A DNA stretch of 63,768 bases, the filler included, from Choristocarpus tenellus KU-1152 (Eukaryota; Protista; Phaeophyceae), in assembly GCA_964200185.2 (NCBI GenBank). It is 11 parts of 11 records of this genome, joined end to end, with 100 filler letters (N's around TTAATTAATTAA, not from the genome) between each part and the next. Parts side by side here need not be neighbours in the genome. Positions count along the whole stretch, not along the records: positions 49,139 to 55,441 come from CAXNAD020008434.1; positions 55,542 to 61,012 come from CAXNAD020010675.1; positions 61,113 to 63,768 come from CAXNAD020025909.1; 8 more parts are not named here. One strand, given 5' to 3'. The notes beneath the pieces are model-generated. The model was not told the origin of the DNA. It searched no databases and was given only the letters and a program-made list of their open reading frames with translations. Of this stretch, positions 52,341 through 63,768 are shown in pieces. The translations under genes and the position numbers were made by a program. The stretch's first letter is position 1, and each line of letters begins with the position of its first letter.

Positions 52341-53424
52341 CCTATAGGCGACTGCCAACTATATACCTTCACAGAGCAAAAAAGGCGGGAAAATTGCATG
52401 AAGGTGGAAGCCTTCGTTGTGCACAAGGTTCGAGGGAGGAAAATAGTTGTAAGTGAAGTGTTGTCGAGAGGTGGTGGGATGGCTGAACCCAATTTATGAG
52501 AAAGAAGGCATGAAGAGATTTTAATGGTAGACACCACCAGCGGTTGAACAATCACGACATAGCACTGGAGAAATGTTGTATCAGTCTCTGGTTATTATTG
52601 TATAGTGTTTCAGAAGGGGGGCGTAGTCTCTGATTTTGTGATCCCATCCATACAGATAAACCTACAACTGTGTTCGATATGTTGGGCAAACCATTTCTAG
52701 CGTTGTTTTTCATTTTGAACAAGGAATAAACTGGAGTAAAATTGTTTGTGCTAGTTCATTATAAAATAGTAGTTTTAGCAAGTTAAATACTTCGAAGTAG
52801 TTACTACATAACATAACCAAAATAATGAGAAGTAAATCAATGTCGACGTTGATCAAGGTAGCGGAGAAAATGATACCATATTAAGTGAAAAGGGATGCAA
52901 ACAAGTTGTAACTGAATCTATAACGGAGCCGCGCGCTCGCGTCGCGGTTCATGTTTCAGGTCATGCTTTGAGTTCATGAATTAATCACTTGACAACCGCC
53001 AGCATACCTTGCGTTTCTATTCCTTCAGATGCGCAACGCTAGAGGATTCTCGACCTCTCTTTCTTTGAGGTCCTGTTAAAGTGCAGTGCACTACAAGGTA
53101 ATCTGCATGTGCAGAGACTGAATCATCGGTAGACAGGAGCTTGTCTTCTTTACGGAGTGACTGTGGGGCACAGTCGGGCCGTGAAACGACAGGCTCTGAA
53201 GGACGGACGTCATGACTGAACTCAACATGGTGAATGAGCTTGCAACTTTGACCGTACTCTGCATTTGAGTGGAAGATAGTAATACAAGTAGGAATAGGGA
53301 CTAACATTAACACTGAGCGAGTATATCGACTGCATGACGCTGGACATTTTTGGGTGAAGACACTCTTGTTGACAACGATTGATTGCGCTTGACGGTCCCT
53401 GTCGCTGCCCAGGCGAGTTCCTCG

Positions 53425-54659
53425 ATGGAAACAGGACCTTCTGTGCCTTTCCTGGCATGGGTCGAGAGAACAGTAAAAGAAAGGGCTGAAGGTGACACGT
53501 TTGGGGAGTGGTTTGATGACAAGGGAGACGTGGTCGAGTCTCGAACCTTCGCCGGTCTGTGGGCAGAGGCCGGTCGCATTGCTCACGAGCTTCGTTTTTC
53601 AAGGGGTCTGGAAAAGGGAGACCGTGTTGTGCTGTGCTATGGCTTTGGACTGAGCTTTTTTGCAGCCTTCCTTGGGTGCCTTCGCGCAGGGGTTGTCGCA
53701 GTTCCCATATGTGAGTAGACATGATGCCCTTTATGTTTAGTAGAGTATGTACTGAACAGTCGTCTGGCAGTAAGCCTGCTTTAGAGCATAAGGAAGGACC
53801 AGCGTGTATCAGTAGTACTACTGCACTTATTGTCTGAAGTTCCTCATAACTTAGTGCCTTCAGTTTCCCCTCCCCTCGTTACCCTTCTTCAATCTTCCCC
53901 CAGACCCCCCGAGCCCGACCACACTCTCCAAGTCCTTGCACAAGATGCAGATGACTGTGGACTCGTGCAAGCCTAGGTTGATCCTCTTATCATCAGATGT
54001 CAATGCTCTACGCCTTGCATCTCGTCTCAATGTGCTTTCCGAGGCACGTAAATTATGGCCGCTTGTGCCGTATCACTGCCTCGCATCTGCCGACGTTCCT
54101 TCGACTGGGGCGAGAGGTGGCCTACTCTTTTCGGCAGCAAAGATGGTTCTTGGAGAAAACGATCCCTCTACTAGCACTGCTGTCGCCACCAACACGTACG
54201 ATGAGCAGACGCTTGTTGCTGAAGACATAGCTTTCTTACAGTTCACATCTGGAAGGTAAGTGATCATATTCGTTCATCAGCAGTACAATCGACGACCTAG
54301 CTGAGCTTCATGTCCCCAATGCCATGCTGTCGATACTTACACACACACACACACACACACATACATATTGATGGGGTTACTCCTTCTTGCCTCACATCCT
54401 CCTTGTTCCATGAAACCTTTCTCGTCTCATTAGCACCTATCTCTCCCTCATCGACCCGTTTGAACTCTTTTTTATTGTGTGCTTGCAGTACTGCTGACCC
54501 GAAGGGGGTCATGATCACCTTTGGCAATCTCATGCACAATGTGCACCTTGTGCTTACGGGGAATACCAAGACCATGGAGGCATTCTGCAAGGGTCGAACG
54601 GAGGACCTGCCACAACGCTTCGTTGGATTTTCCTGGCTCCCACAGTACCATGACCTAGG
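53425..54659 (+). CDS. Fatty acyl-AMP ligase (FAAL)-like adenylation protein, 5' part; exons 53425-53710, 53904-54255, 54489-54659
   Basis: In-phase splicing gives GDRVVLCYGFGLSFFAAFLGCLRAGVVAVPIYPP, AFLQFTSGSTADPKGVMITFGNL and FSWLPQYHDLG, the characteristic FAAL motifs. The start could lie further upstream (acceptor at 53412). Confidence 0.88.
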
Positions 54660-56135
54660 GTAAGGGTTTCTATGGTCTTTGCAAGGAGTGGATCCTTGGT
54701 AACGCCTCCCCTTCTCCCCTCCCTCTCTCACTTCCTCCTTGTCCTTGCCTCTAGTCCACAATCATCAGGACAATTCTCACCGTCATTTGCTTCCCAAGGG
54801 TTCTGGGTTCTAATAACCAGTAGGATATAATTGTGTAAGAGCGACTCAAATACCATGTAGTACGCACACCGGACTCTGCGTCCACTGATTCCGCCCTCAC
54901 GGCATTGCGAAAGATGCAAGAATGTAGCCGATGTCACCTACTGAAGAGCGCAAGCTATCTCAGAACATGGCATAGAAGAGGACTCGTTCGCCTTGAAGTG
55001 GGGCTGAGTGTTCGTTCATGCCTGAATTTTTGTACCCTGCACGTCGTTGCACCCAGGTGGTAGTTTGTGTCGAAGAGAAGTCCCCCCTCCTGTACATACA
55101 GCCTTGCTCCCATTTTTTTGTAACTCTTCATTGTTGATTTTTTAGTTGGTATCTTTGACCTGTCAAACTGCTGCTGCAGTCAGTCGCCTGCGGATTGCTA
55201 GCTTGTAAGGCTGTGACCTGAACAAAAAAAATAGATACATTGATTGGCATGCGCCTGCTAATTCTGTATACCGTCCCTTCAGATGAGAGGGTGCGACAGC
55301 TTGCACTCTGAGTTCAAATATATATATATTTTTTTCCTATCAAAGTTACAATAGGGCAGGATACACGGTTCTTTTATGTTGTTGTTGCGCGTGTGTGTGT
55401 GTGTGTTTTTTTTTTTTTTGTCCCCAGTACATCATAGGTTCNNNNNNNNNNNNNNNNNNNNNNNNNNNNNNNNNNNNNNNNNNNNTTAATTAATTAANNN
55501 NNNNNNNNNNNNNNNNNNNNNNNNNNNNNNNNNNNNNNNNNCCACCTCACACACAGCTAACACTCCCCCCCCGCCCCCCTTCCTCAGATCCAACCCCTGC
55601 CTGGTCTCAGCTCCTGTTCCGACCCAACCTTCAGCAGGTTTAGTCTGTGAAAGGTACCACTGGAGTCGTCTGGAAGGCTTGTTCCTATTTTGACCTAGTC
55701 TACCATGCAAAACAATCACTTGAACAGGGGACAGAATGCAACCAAGAAACTAATTCCTTTCCGAGATGAGGGTCAATGAACAAAACATGTAAACCAAGTT
55801 GCCACACTAGTTATTGAACTGAACATGAATAAAAAAACAAAACAAAACAAAACAGTGGCAGTGCGTGACAGGAGAGACAGTGCAAGGGATGGGGGGAGAG
55901 AGGGGGATCATGATCAGATCTTTACATCAGGAAGAAAAAATCCTTTGCAGTGCTCACATTGTAGCAAATTAGGGTGGAATGGAATGGACAAAAGTTTCTT
56001 TAACTTTGAAATAACATCTATGGTAAAATTCCGCTGAAAACCCACTAGATACCAAGATAAAATCCCAAAATCTATACACGGGAGAGAACAAAAGGGGGTA
56101 TGCAACAGCAAATATATGGGGGAGATTATCTTCAC

Positions 56136-59100
56136 CTTGAAGTATATGACATCAGCATCCTGCACGATATATTTTTTCCCCTGCTGACGGAGCTTGCCGG
56201 CCTTCTTCACCGACTCTTCATCCCCTAGCTCTTTCAGATCTTCAAATGTCATCACCTACCACAAACATCATAAAAAAATTAAAAAAATGAAATCGGATGG
56301 TGGAATCACACCAAAAGGTTAATGTGTGCAAGGGCACAAAAACAAAAGGGGATGCCTGTCCTGCAGTGCCAAAGGATAGAGTATTGGTTTATTCAAAGCA
56401 AATGCCTGGTATAAATAGAAAAAATAAATATAAAGTACAAAAACGGCTTGCAAAAAAAGAAGAGGCGTAGGCACAAAACCTCTCCGATACGCACAGTGCC
56501 ACAACATTCTCTTTTCACCCTTGGTTTGTGTGGGGTAGCTTCATTTTGCCATGATGGAAGCAATGTGTTTCGAAAATGAAGGGGTAAGCAGGGAGTTGCA
56601 TGCTGGACATCAACAGAACTGGATGTATAGTGCGCAAACGGAGGAAAAAAGCCCAAGGGCGTATCACATCCTGTTGCCCTGTTCTTACTATTGAGATGAT
56701 TTCTACCACCACACTCCACCGTTGTGCTCCCTCCCTCAAACACCCCTAGGTGAGGGCATGATCTATACACCTCAAGATAAGTGACCAACTGCCTATCCTG
56801 TTCCTCGCAAAGGAACAGCATTACACACTGTTGGCATCCTTTTCTCTTTCCACACCTACGAACAATAACACGCCATACATACATCATCCAACCCTCGAAC
56901 CCGCCACCGAAAATGTTTCAAGTATAGTGAACAAACCAAACCAAACCACACCTCAAGGAATGAGCATCAGCAAGGCCGCTGAGGCACTCAACAAGAATTT
57001 GCTTCAGGTCTAGAGCACCAAAGTAGAATCGGCCACACAATAACTAGGAGAAGATGGCTCCACACTTCGCAACAAGTACACCTTACTATCCCTGGCCCAG
57101 GCAGAGCAGGACATCCCCCAAGCTCAAAAGATACTGCAGTCAAGTGTCACACTACTCACCTCTGCGCAGATGAAGCCCTTCTCGAAGTCACTATGGATGA
57201 CCCCTGCAAACGGGAACACACATTGGGAGGCGTGTATGCGTGGAAAAACACACAAAAAAAAATCATCCCACAGATCAGAGGTGTTCCAGGATCGTCCAAT
57301 TCGCAATGGAAATGGAGTGGGGGAGCCAGCTGGAACATCCAGTTTCCACCCCATGCTTCACCAATTCACAATACCATGGAAGGAGCACGCACGCACGCAC
57401 ACACACGCACACACACGCACACACACACCACAAAACTCCAACTCAAAGCTACTCACTCACTCCCCATTTGCCCTCTAGTATTATATTCACCAGCAACAAC
57501 CGCACACAACAGTGCACAATATTCTCTCTAACAACTCCCTCACTTACCTGCTGCCTGCGGAGCAAGGGACCCATCCTTGACAGTCCAACCTCGCACCTCA
57601 TCTGATCCACACGTGAAGTAGTGGATAAGGCGGAGGGCAGAGTAACCTGTCTTGAGTATGCGGGTCATGCATGACTTATGTGTGGGGTTGGCCTTCTTGT
57701 ACTCCTCCAGGGTGCCGCCGATCTCCAAGTCCAGCCACTAAAGTTTTGTTTTTTTGTTTGTCATTTTTAAAAACTCAGCACAATCGTAGACGACAAAATG
57801 TGCACGCACGTTCCTTCTTTAAAAACAAAACAAAATACCTCCACTCATTTCCTAGAATTTTCTCATCGCAAAAGAGCCTTCTACAAACATTAAAAAAAGG
57901 GTTTCTTGTACCCTGTTCTACACACCCGTACTTTGTATCTCACACCAAAGCCCCATCCATATATGCAAAACCACACACACACATAAATGATCCCCCCACT
58001 CCCCACTCTCCTCCCACACACACCCCTCAGCCCTAACCCTCATTCCGAATTAACCCTAACCCTAAAACTCCAAACACTACACACTCCGTTCTTAAAGAAA
58101 TCAATCAGGCTCCCGAACGATCTCTCTCTCCCCCACACCCAACTGTTGACAAAGATCAGCTCCCAATTCTGCCCAATTACATCACCCGAGCCATTGTCTC
58201 TCACCTCTTGCTCAAACTCCACGCTGAAAGGGATCATTGATGCACCCCCCATCTCCTCCAGCCTAGCCTGCAGCTTGGGCAGCCACTTGTTGGCTTTCCG
58301 CAGGTAGTCCCTCTTGGAGAGGTTGACCAGATACACAACCTCCTTTGCCGTCAGCAGCTGGAACTTGTTCAGAACCTTTTATTATTATTATTTTTTAAAC
58401 AGCAGTACCAGAGCACCGAATCAAGTTATTGTATTTCGTTATTGGTGTTAACTTGAATAAAAACTACCACAAAAAAATATATGGAAGAACCATTTCGTAA
58501 CGCTTAGTACATACCTACAGAAAACATCATGGTAACAATAAGGAAAGAGTGACTCGCAGTACAGGCTGGATGGAGTGTCATCAGTCCACGCTCTTGCATG
58601 CTCCTTACAATTTTTCTGGAGGAACGTATTTGCTCTCCGTAAATACTACAAAGAATGTTTTTTTTTTTAAACAGGTGAAAACAAAAAAAAAGAAATAGAA
58701 AAAGAAAAAATCAGTTACAAAAAGTTCGAGCACCTCATATCCCTTCCACTGTACTGTACTGTACAGCAGCAACCTTGAGAGCTCGAACAAGTGGACCTCT
58801 ATTTGGAGTCTCTCCAGGGTCAATGACTATTATACAGAACATAGGAAAAAAAGTCTACACACACGTGCTTCTAATCTCCGAGAGGTTCACAGTATGCCTA
58901 AGATAAAAAATGTTATTGCAGAACAGTCTTTTTTCAACATTTTGCACTGGAAGACACTAGAATAGAAAAAAAATAATACTGCTTTTGAGTATTTGGCTTT
59001 GGGTAGTATTATTGCAGAGGCAGAAGAGGAGCTACAACAGTCCCAATGCCAATACAAACTACTGAACATTCTAGAATCACAGATTGCTGATGAGACAGCA

Positions 59101-60929
59101 ACGCTTGCACAAACCATGTCAAAATAAAGGTGTACCTCTGAAGCTCTTGACACATCCAACGAATTTGGATGCAGCACCAGGTAAAACCAATCAGAGATCA
59201 AGTTTAAAAGGTCACCATTAACTCAGCAAGTGCTGAGAGTTCCTTCACGACCCCAACGGAAGTCACAAAACGAGAAACCCTGAGTTAGTCAGTTCAACCG
59301 CAGGTGGTCAACAAGTAACACACCCATCAGTACTTCACTTTCAAGTAACACACCCACCCATCAGCACTTCACTCTCAATTAAATCTCACCCAAGGTTGTA
59401 ATAAGATAAGAGCATAACAATGTGAGTTACGTTGACCAGGAGGGAGGCAATCAATAACAAGCACACAGGAAATTCAACAACCAAAAATAAAAAAGAAGCG
59501 TACTAGATGGGCGGTCGGTCCTAAAGTCTTATCCAGTAAGACAAAAAAAAATAGTTAAGAGACGCACGTCCTGTTAGAAAACTTGACAAGATACCATCGT
59601 TTTGAACTATTTAACAATTGAACTGAACCACAGGCAACTGAGACAGAACTCGGTATGAAGAAGTACCACACTTGTACCTCTTACTATCACCAGCAGAGGT
59701 GCTACTCACTACCCAGGAATAGTAGCACACCCGTCATGCCTATTATCGCCTGAACGAGCAGCACCAAGTACCATCTTGGCAGTACCATCTTGGACTGCTA
59801 TGGTACTGAAAGGACTTGCGGAATGCAGAGTTCCAAGAACAGTACACATGCAGGAGTACAGTACAGCGCCAATGGGGATGTCCACATTACTTTCAGCATA
59901 CACACCATTTGCAAACAAATTTCTTAGATTCAATCTTAGAGGCACAAGACACCCCTCTCCCCAGTTTCTGCTTCCCCCTTTGATACTAAAAGTACTACTA
60001 CATAGTACTACAAAAAACACCAACAGGGGGGGTCACAAAAGATGTAATCCATTCAGCCAAGTCAATACTCAGTACAACAAACTCCAATATCATTGTGATG
60101 GTCCATTACCAGAGACACACGACTACGGCACAACTATAGATCCTAGTCCTCCTCCCTCCTTCCCACAGCTTCTTCCAACACACCATTGTGCCCTTTGCAC
60201 ACTGCACCAATACACCAAGATCACCAAGGACTGCCATCAAGGGATTAGGACAGGATACAGCACTACAACAGTTTATGCCCAACGGTGGTGATAGTGAAAG
60301 TCAAAGCAAGACATCCAGGGGCAAGCACACTCTCGCCACCAGGCACAGTTCCCATATACTCCTCACAAATATACACAAGGGCAGTAATGATCTTCCTCAC
60401 TAGTGAGTCAGAGTATCTCAGAGGGTAGAGCCGCATCCGTTTTGGGGGGGTCAAAATCCAATGTTGCAAGCAATTTTGATGTAATTTTGACTGTCGTGTT
60501 TGTGAGGAAGTTAAGTCTCAATACCCTTGTTCCAGACACACCTTTTCATAACGTATACATACGCTTCACCTACTCCAAAACATTTCTGAGTAGATAAAAT
60601 GTCATAAAAAAAGAAAACGTGGGAAGCCCAAACGGACAAACAGGGCAAAACTCGTACCCTAACCCTAACATACTTTCACTCAGTGGCAACAATAACTCTT
60701 GCCAATAGCCCCAACAAGTGAACCACGCAGCAACTTCATGCCCCCCCTATCTCCTCACCTCAACCTCGGCGGCGGTCCAGGTGCCAAACCTCACAGGCTT
60801 CCTCTCCTCTTCCAAGAACTGGAGCACCTTGACGTGCGTCTCCCACTCTGCTTTCTTCTCCCTTCCCCCCAAGCCACGCTCCACATTCTTTCGCTCCCTC
60901 TCCACTGCATTCTTCAGCATATCAACATC
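56136..60929 (-). CDS. OLA1: Obg-like ATPase OLA1/YchF, partial; exons 60929-60759, 58375-58205, 57737-57548, 57203-57160, 56255-56136
   Basis: [75 protein letters not shown]; all introns GT-AG and in phase. Confidence 0.95.
60405..60681 (-). mobile_element. MITE family A (inverted) in an OLA1 intron
   Basis: GAGTCAGAGTATCTCAGAGGGTAG...TACTTTCACTC; flanks TAGT / AGTG. Confidence 0.88.
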
Positions 60930-61112
60930 CTTTTCATTACACAAGAGTTTTTTTTTTTTTTTTTTTTTTTTGGATTTTGGTAGAGGGTTGTGTTGGGGAA
61001 GAGGGTTGTTTTNNNNNNNNNNNNNNNNNNNNNNNNNNNNNNNNNNNNNNNNNNNNTTAATTAATTAANNNNNNNNNNNNNNNNNNNNNNNNNNNNNNNN
61101 NNNNNNNNNNNN

Positions 61113-61155
61113 GCCCGGGTGGTGCCCCCCCCCCCCCCCCCAGATACTTTGGGTC
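61113..61155. mobile_element. MITE family B terminal fragment (similar fragments at 19893-19917 and 28419-28438)
   Basis: Poly-C followed by CAGATACTTTGGGTC at a contig start. Confidence 0.75.
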
Positions 61156-61949
61156 TTTCCTTAAGACACATGGGGGATGATACTGTAAGCAGACGTACGA
61201 GACTGAAGATGAGGTGGGTTCCTACAAGCCATGTTGTATGCATTGTATAGAACTGGTTAGAGGTCGACAGATTGTGTTGGAGGCGCATGTGTTTGACTCA
61301 AGCAAACACACTGTAAAGAAGGTCGGTGACCACGATGTCAACACATGAGGTACAAGAGGTGGCAAGGAGACACGTGACGCGGATGAGAATTTCTGTTATT
61401 GGCAACTTGCTGTACACACATTGTTTCACAGGAACAAAAATGTCATGCGTGATGCCATACTTCTTGAGGCTCTCTTGTAGGCTCACCCACCACCAGTTAT
61501 TCTCCTTTCCAAGTTTCTTAACGCTTTCCATTTGCACATTTTCCACTGTTCCAGGTGTTGCTTAGCCCCCGTAAGCAGAATTGACCCTGCAAACAGGTGT
61601 TCTCCGTTTTCGCACGGTTGACTGGATACGGTATTATATCACCATCCTTCAAAAGGGCATATTTGTAAAGACAGGTGTGTTCCTGTTTGCAGAATCCAAT
61701 ACAAGGTAAGAAGAATTTTTGATGATAATACAGCGAAATTCATATAGTGGACATGGCATGGTGTCTTTGTCATACAACCATACAACAGACAGAAAGAAAT
61801 GAGAGGTACACAGGGTTGCAATTTAAGGGTACTGAGAACTAGGCAAAACACGGCTTTACGTATATTCCGTTTTTTTCTTATTCTGAAGAAATTTCGTGAA
61901 CAGGACTTCAAGCACTTCAGACTTTATGCAAATCTTAAGTAGAGTGACA

Positions 61950-63470
61950 TTTCTGCAGTTTTATCATCGAGCATTTTGACCACTTGTGGAAATATCACCA
62001 GACTTTTGGATCCATCACTTGATCTTGGCAATAGTGTTTTAGCTTCATCGCGGATGGATTATGCGTTTAAGGTAAACAAACTTATCAGTCTGCTTGAAGC
62101 TCTTGCCCAAAGTCCAACCATCAAATGTCTGTCGTCATGTTGGGAGATCAAGGCATATGGTCTTGTGTTCAACTCAGATATGGTCAGTCAAAATGTTCCA
62201 GCCACCTTCAACATCATTGTCATCAGTCTTAGACATGATGCCTGCACTATCAGCAAAGAGCATACCCCACATTCGCTATTCAAGTGTTATGCTATACTTT
62301 GTTGCTTTTCCTCCCTTGAATTGGTTGTTTCTCTCAGATTCCTTGATGAAAAAAGGACCTTGAAGATCACAGAGTAAGCAATGAGCTTGTTAAATTATTT
62401 TCTTGTCACACTTTTGTGAAGGCCTTGACCGACCTCACACCAATACATACACCCGCCACCATCCATGCATATGCATAACCACAATTCAACAGGAAATGGT
62501 GGATGCTGACTGAGATAATCTTTTCAGTCACTTTAAACTTGGTAAGCACTGTCCACAGGTAATCGCAATCAACAGATTCATATGCTTTGCGTAGGCCAAT
62601 CAAATACATATACAAAGGTACATGCTTTTGCTGTCCAAGCTCTGGGAGAGTAGAGCCGCATCCATACGGGGACCCAAATCCAATGTTGTACTTTTAATGT
62701 AATTTTGTCTATCGTGTTTATTAGGAGATGTCAATATCCTTGTCCCAGACACACCTTTTCATAACGTATGCATTTTACCTACTCCGAAACATTTTGGAGT
62801 AGGTAAAATGTCATTAAAAAACCGTTGGGAAGCCAACCCCCAAATGGACAAACAAGGAAAAACTCGTACCCTCTAAGATACTTTCATTCTCATGTCCACT
62901 GTGGAGGATCGGGACCAAAATAAAAGAACCACATTGTTCCTCATGAAGTATATTCTCATGTTTGAGGTAAGCTCCAGGTCTTCTTGCAACAACCTTCAGA
63001 AGCACTTTGCTAGTGGGCATCTCTCAGTGACCTGTCAAATTCGTTGTGGATGATTTGTCAAGAGGCAGACTGTCTAGTCCTCTCTGCATTGAACCCTTTC
63101 AGATATTGGAAGAATCCAGATTACTGCCCCCACAGCAAAAGCAACCATCTTCCTAGCGTAGGTCTCAACCAACTCCTGCAAGATGGACACCCTCACATAT
63201 TTGGGTCAGTTGACGCTTACTTCCAATGCCTAGTTGAAGGTGGTGTTCTTGGGGTCTCGATCATATTGTGACCTCGTTGGTTCCTCCTCTTCTTTGACCT
63301 CAAAGAGGCTTGCTAGGACTTGGTCATTTGCACACCACCCTCCTGGTAATACCTTCTGCGTAAGGGGTGGAAGTAAGTCCGAACCATCTTCTAACAAATG
63401 AGCTGTGTATGGGACTGCTATTTTGTCCACATATTCCATTTCACCTGTTCTATCCTTGGTCATCACTGCA
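61950..63470 (-). mobile_element. Degraded RTE-clade LINE, interrupted by a family A MITE
   Basis: KVLLKVVARR...ILHEEQCG, LRKAYESVD..LWTVL.KF, WGMLFADSAGI and FKQTDKFVYL; same family as 11340-12400. Confidence 0.85.
62645..62889 (-). mobile_element. MITE family A (inverted, one TIR truncated) nested in the LINE
   Basis: Ends TACCCTCTAAGATACTTTCATTC; the other end lacks about 16 terminal bases. Confidence 0.85.
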
Positions 63471-63698
63471 TATCTATTGTATACAGGATATTTTGGTCTG
63501 ATTTTCTATTCACAGTCACACTCACAAATTCAGCCCTGAAGAAACCAGCTAAACATCAGAGCTGATTCGCTTGTCAAAATACGTTTGTTTCCACCAGTGC
63601 GCCTGTTCTGATATGGAGCAAATCAACCAGGGGGCAGACCGATGCCGATATAATACAGTGATCTGATTATGTTGTCAAGACCAAGTGCATCCTCAAGT

Positions 63699-63768
63699 GG
63701 CTCTAAGTATCTGGGAGGGGGTGGCGGCTGTCCATTTGGGGTCAATTTTTTCATGTCGCGATTTTTGG
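63699..63768. mobile_element. MITE family B fragment at window end
   Basis: GGCTCTAAGTATCTGGGAGGGGG...TGTCCATTTGGGGTC. Confidence 0.85.

Noticed and set aside
53017-53722. Long minus-strand ORFs of 189 and 166 aa
   Set aside because: They overlap the GC-richer FAAL exon on the opposite strand and have no motifs.
38516-54659. ACOX plus FAAL as a fatty-acid gene cluster
   Set aside because: They lie on different contigs separated by the spacer at 49039-49138.
5920-61112. Recurring TTAATTAATTAA palindrome as a biological repeat
   Set aside because: It is always centred in 88 Ns and has stops in all frames, so it is an artificial contig linker.
6898-62889. Dispersed repeats as a CRISPR array or a repeated small protein family (ORFs such as 6883-7068, 34009-34296, 37217-37456)
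   Set aside because: Copies are scattered, occur in both orientations and have TIRs and TSDs; the ORFs vary in frame and strand.

Overview
Eukaryotic, intron-rich genomic DNA, most likely from a stramenopile and plausibly a brown alga (inferred from gene and transposon content and CCCTAA repeats). The window is not contiguous. It is 11 short contigs joined by artificial 100-bp N44-TTAATTAATTAA-N44 spacers, so gene neighbourhood across spacers means nothing and most supplied ORFs are noise. Manual splicing recovers these genes: (1) a gene of at least 5 exons (1359-5201, +) whose product resembles bacterial 'PTS sugar transporter'/EIIC-like membrane proteins, the most notable item because the PTS is regarded as prokaryotic; (2) a complete 3-exon TIM10; (3) a multi-exon OSCA/TMEM63-like channel; (4) the 3' part of a peroxisomal acyl-CoA oxidase ending in SKL; (5) a PPR gene; (6) the 5' part of a fatty acyl-AMP ligase-like gene; (7) part of OLA1/YchF. 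The rest includes decayed RTE LINEs, a copia relic, mariner-, CACTA- and DDE-like transposase relics, a ~300-bp foldback element, and three related MITE families that share GnnnnAAAGTATCT termini and 4-bp target-site duplications. Protein family assignments come from recognising motifs, not from database searches.
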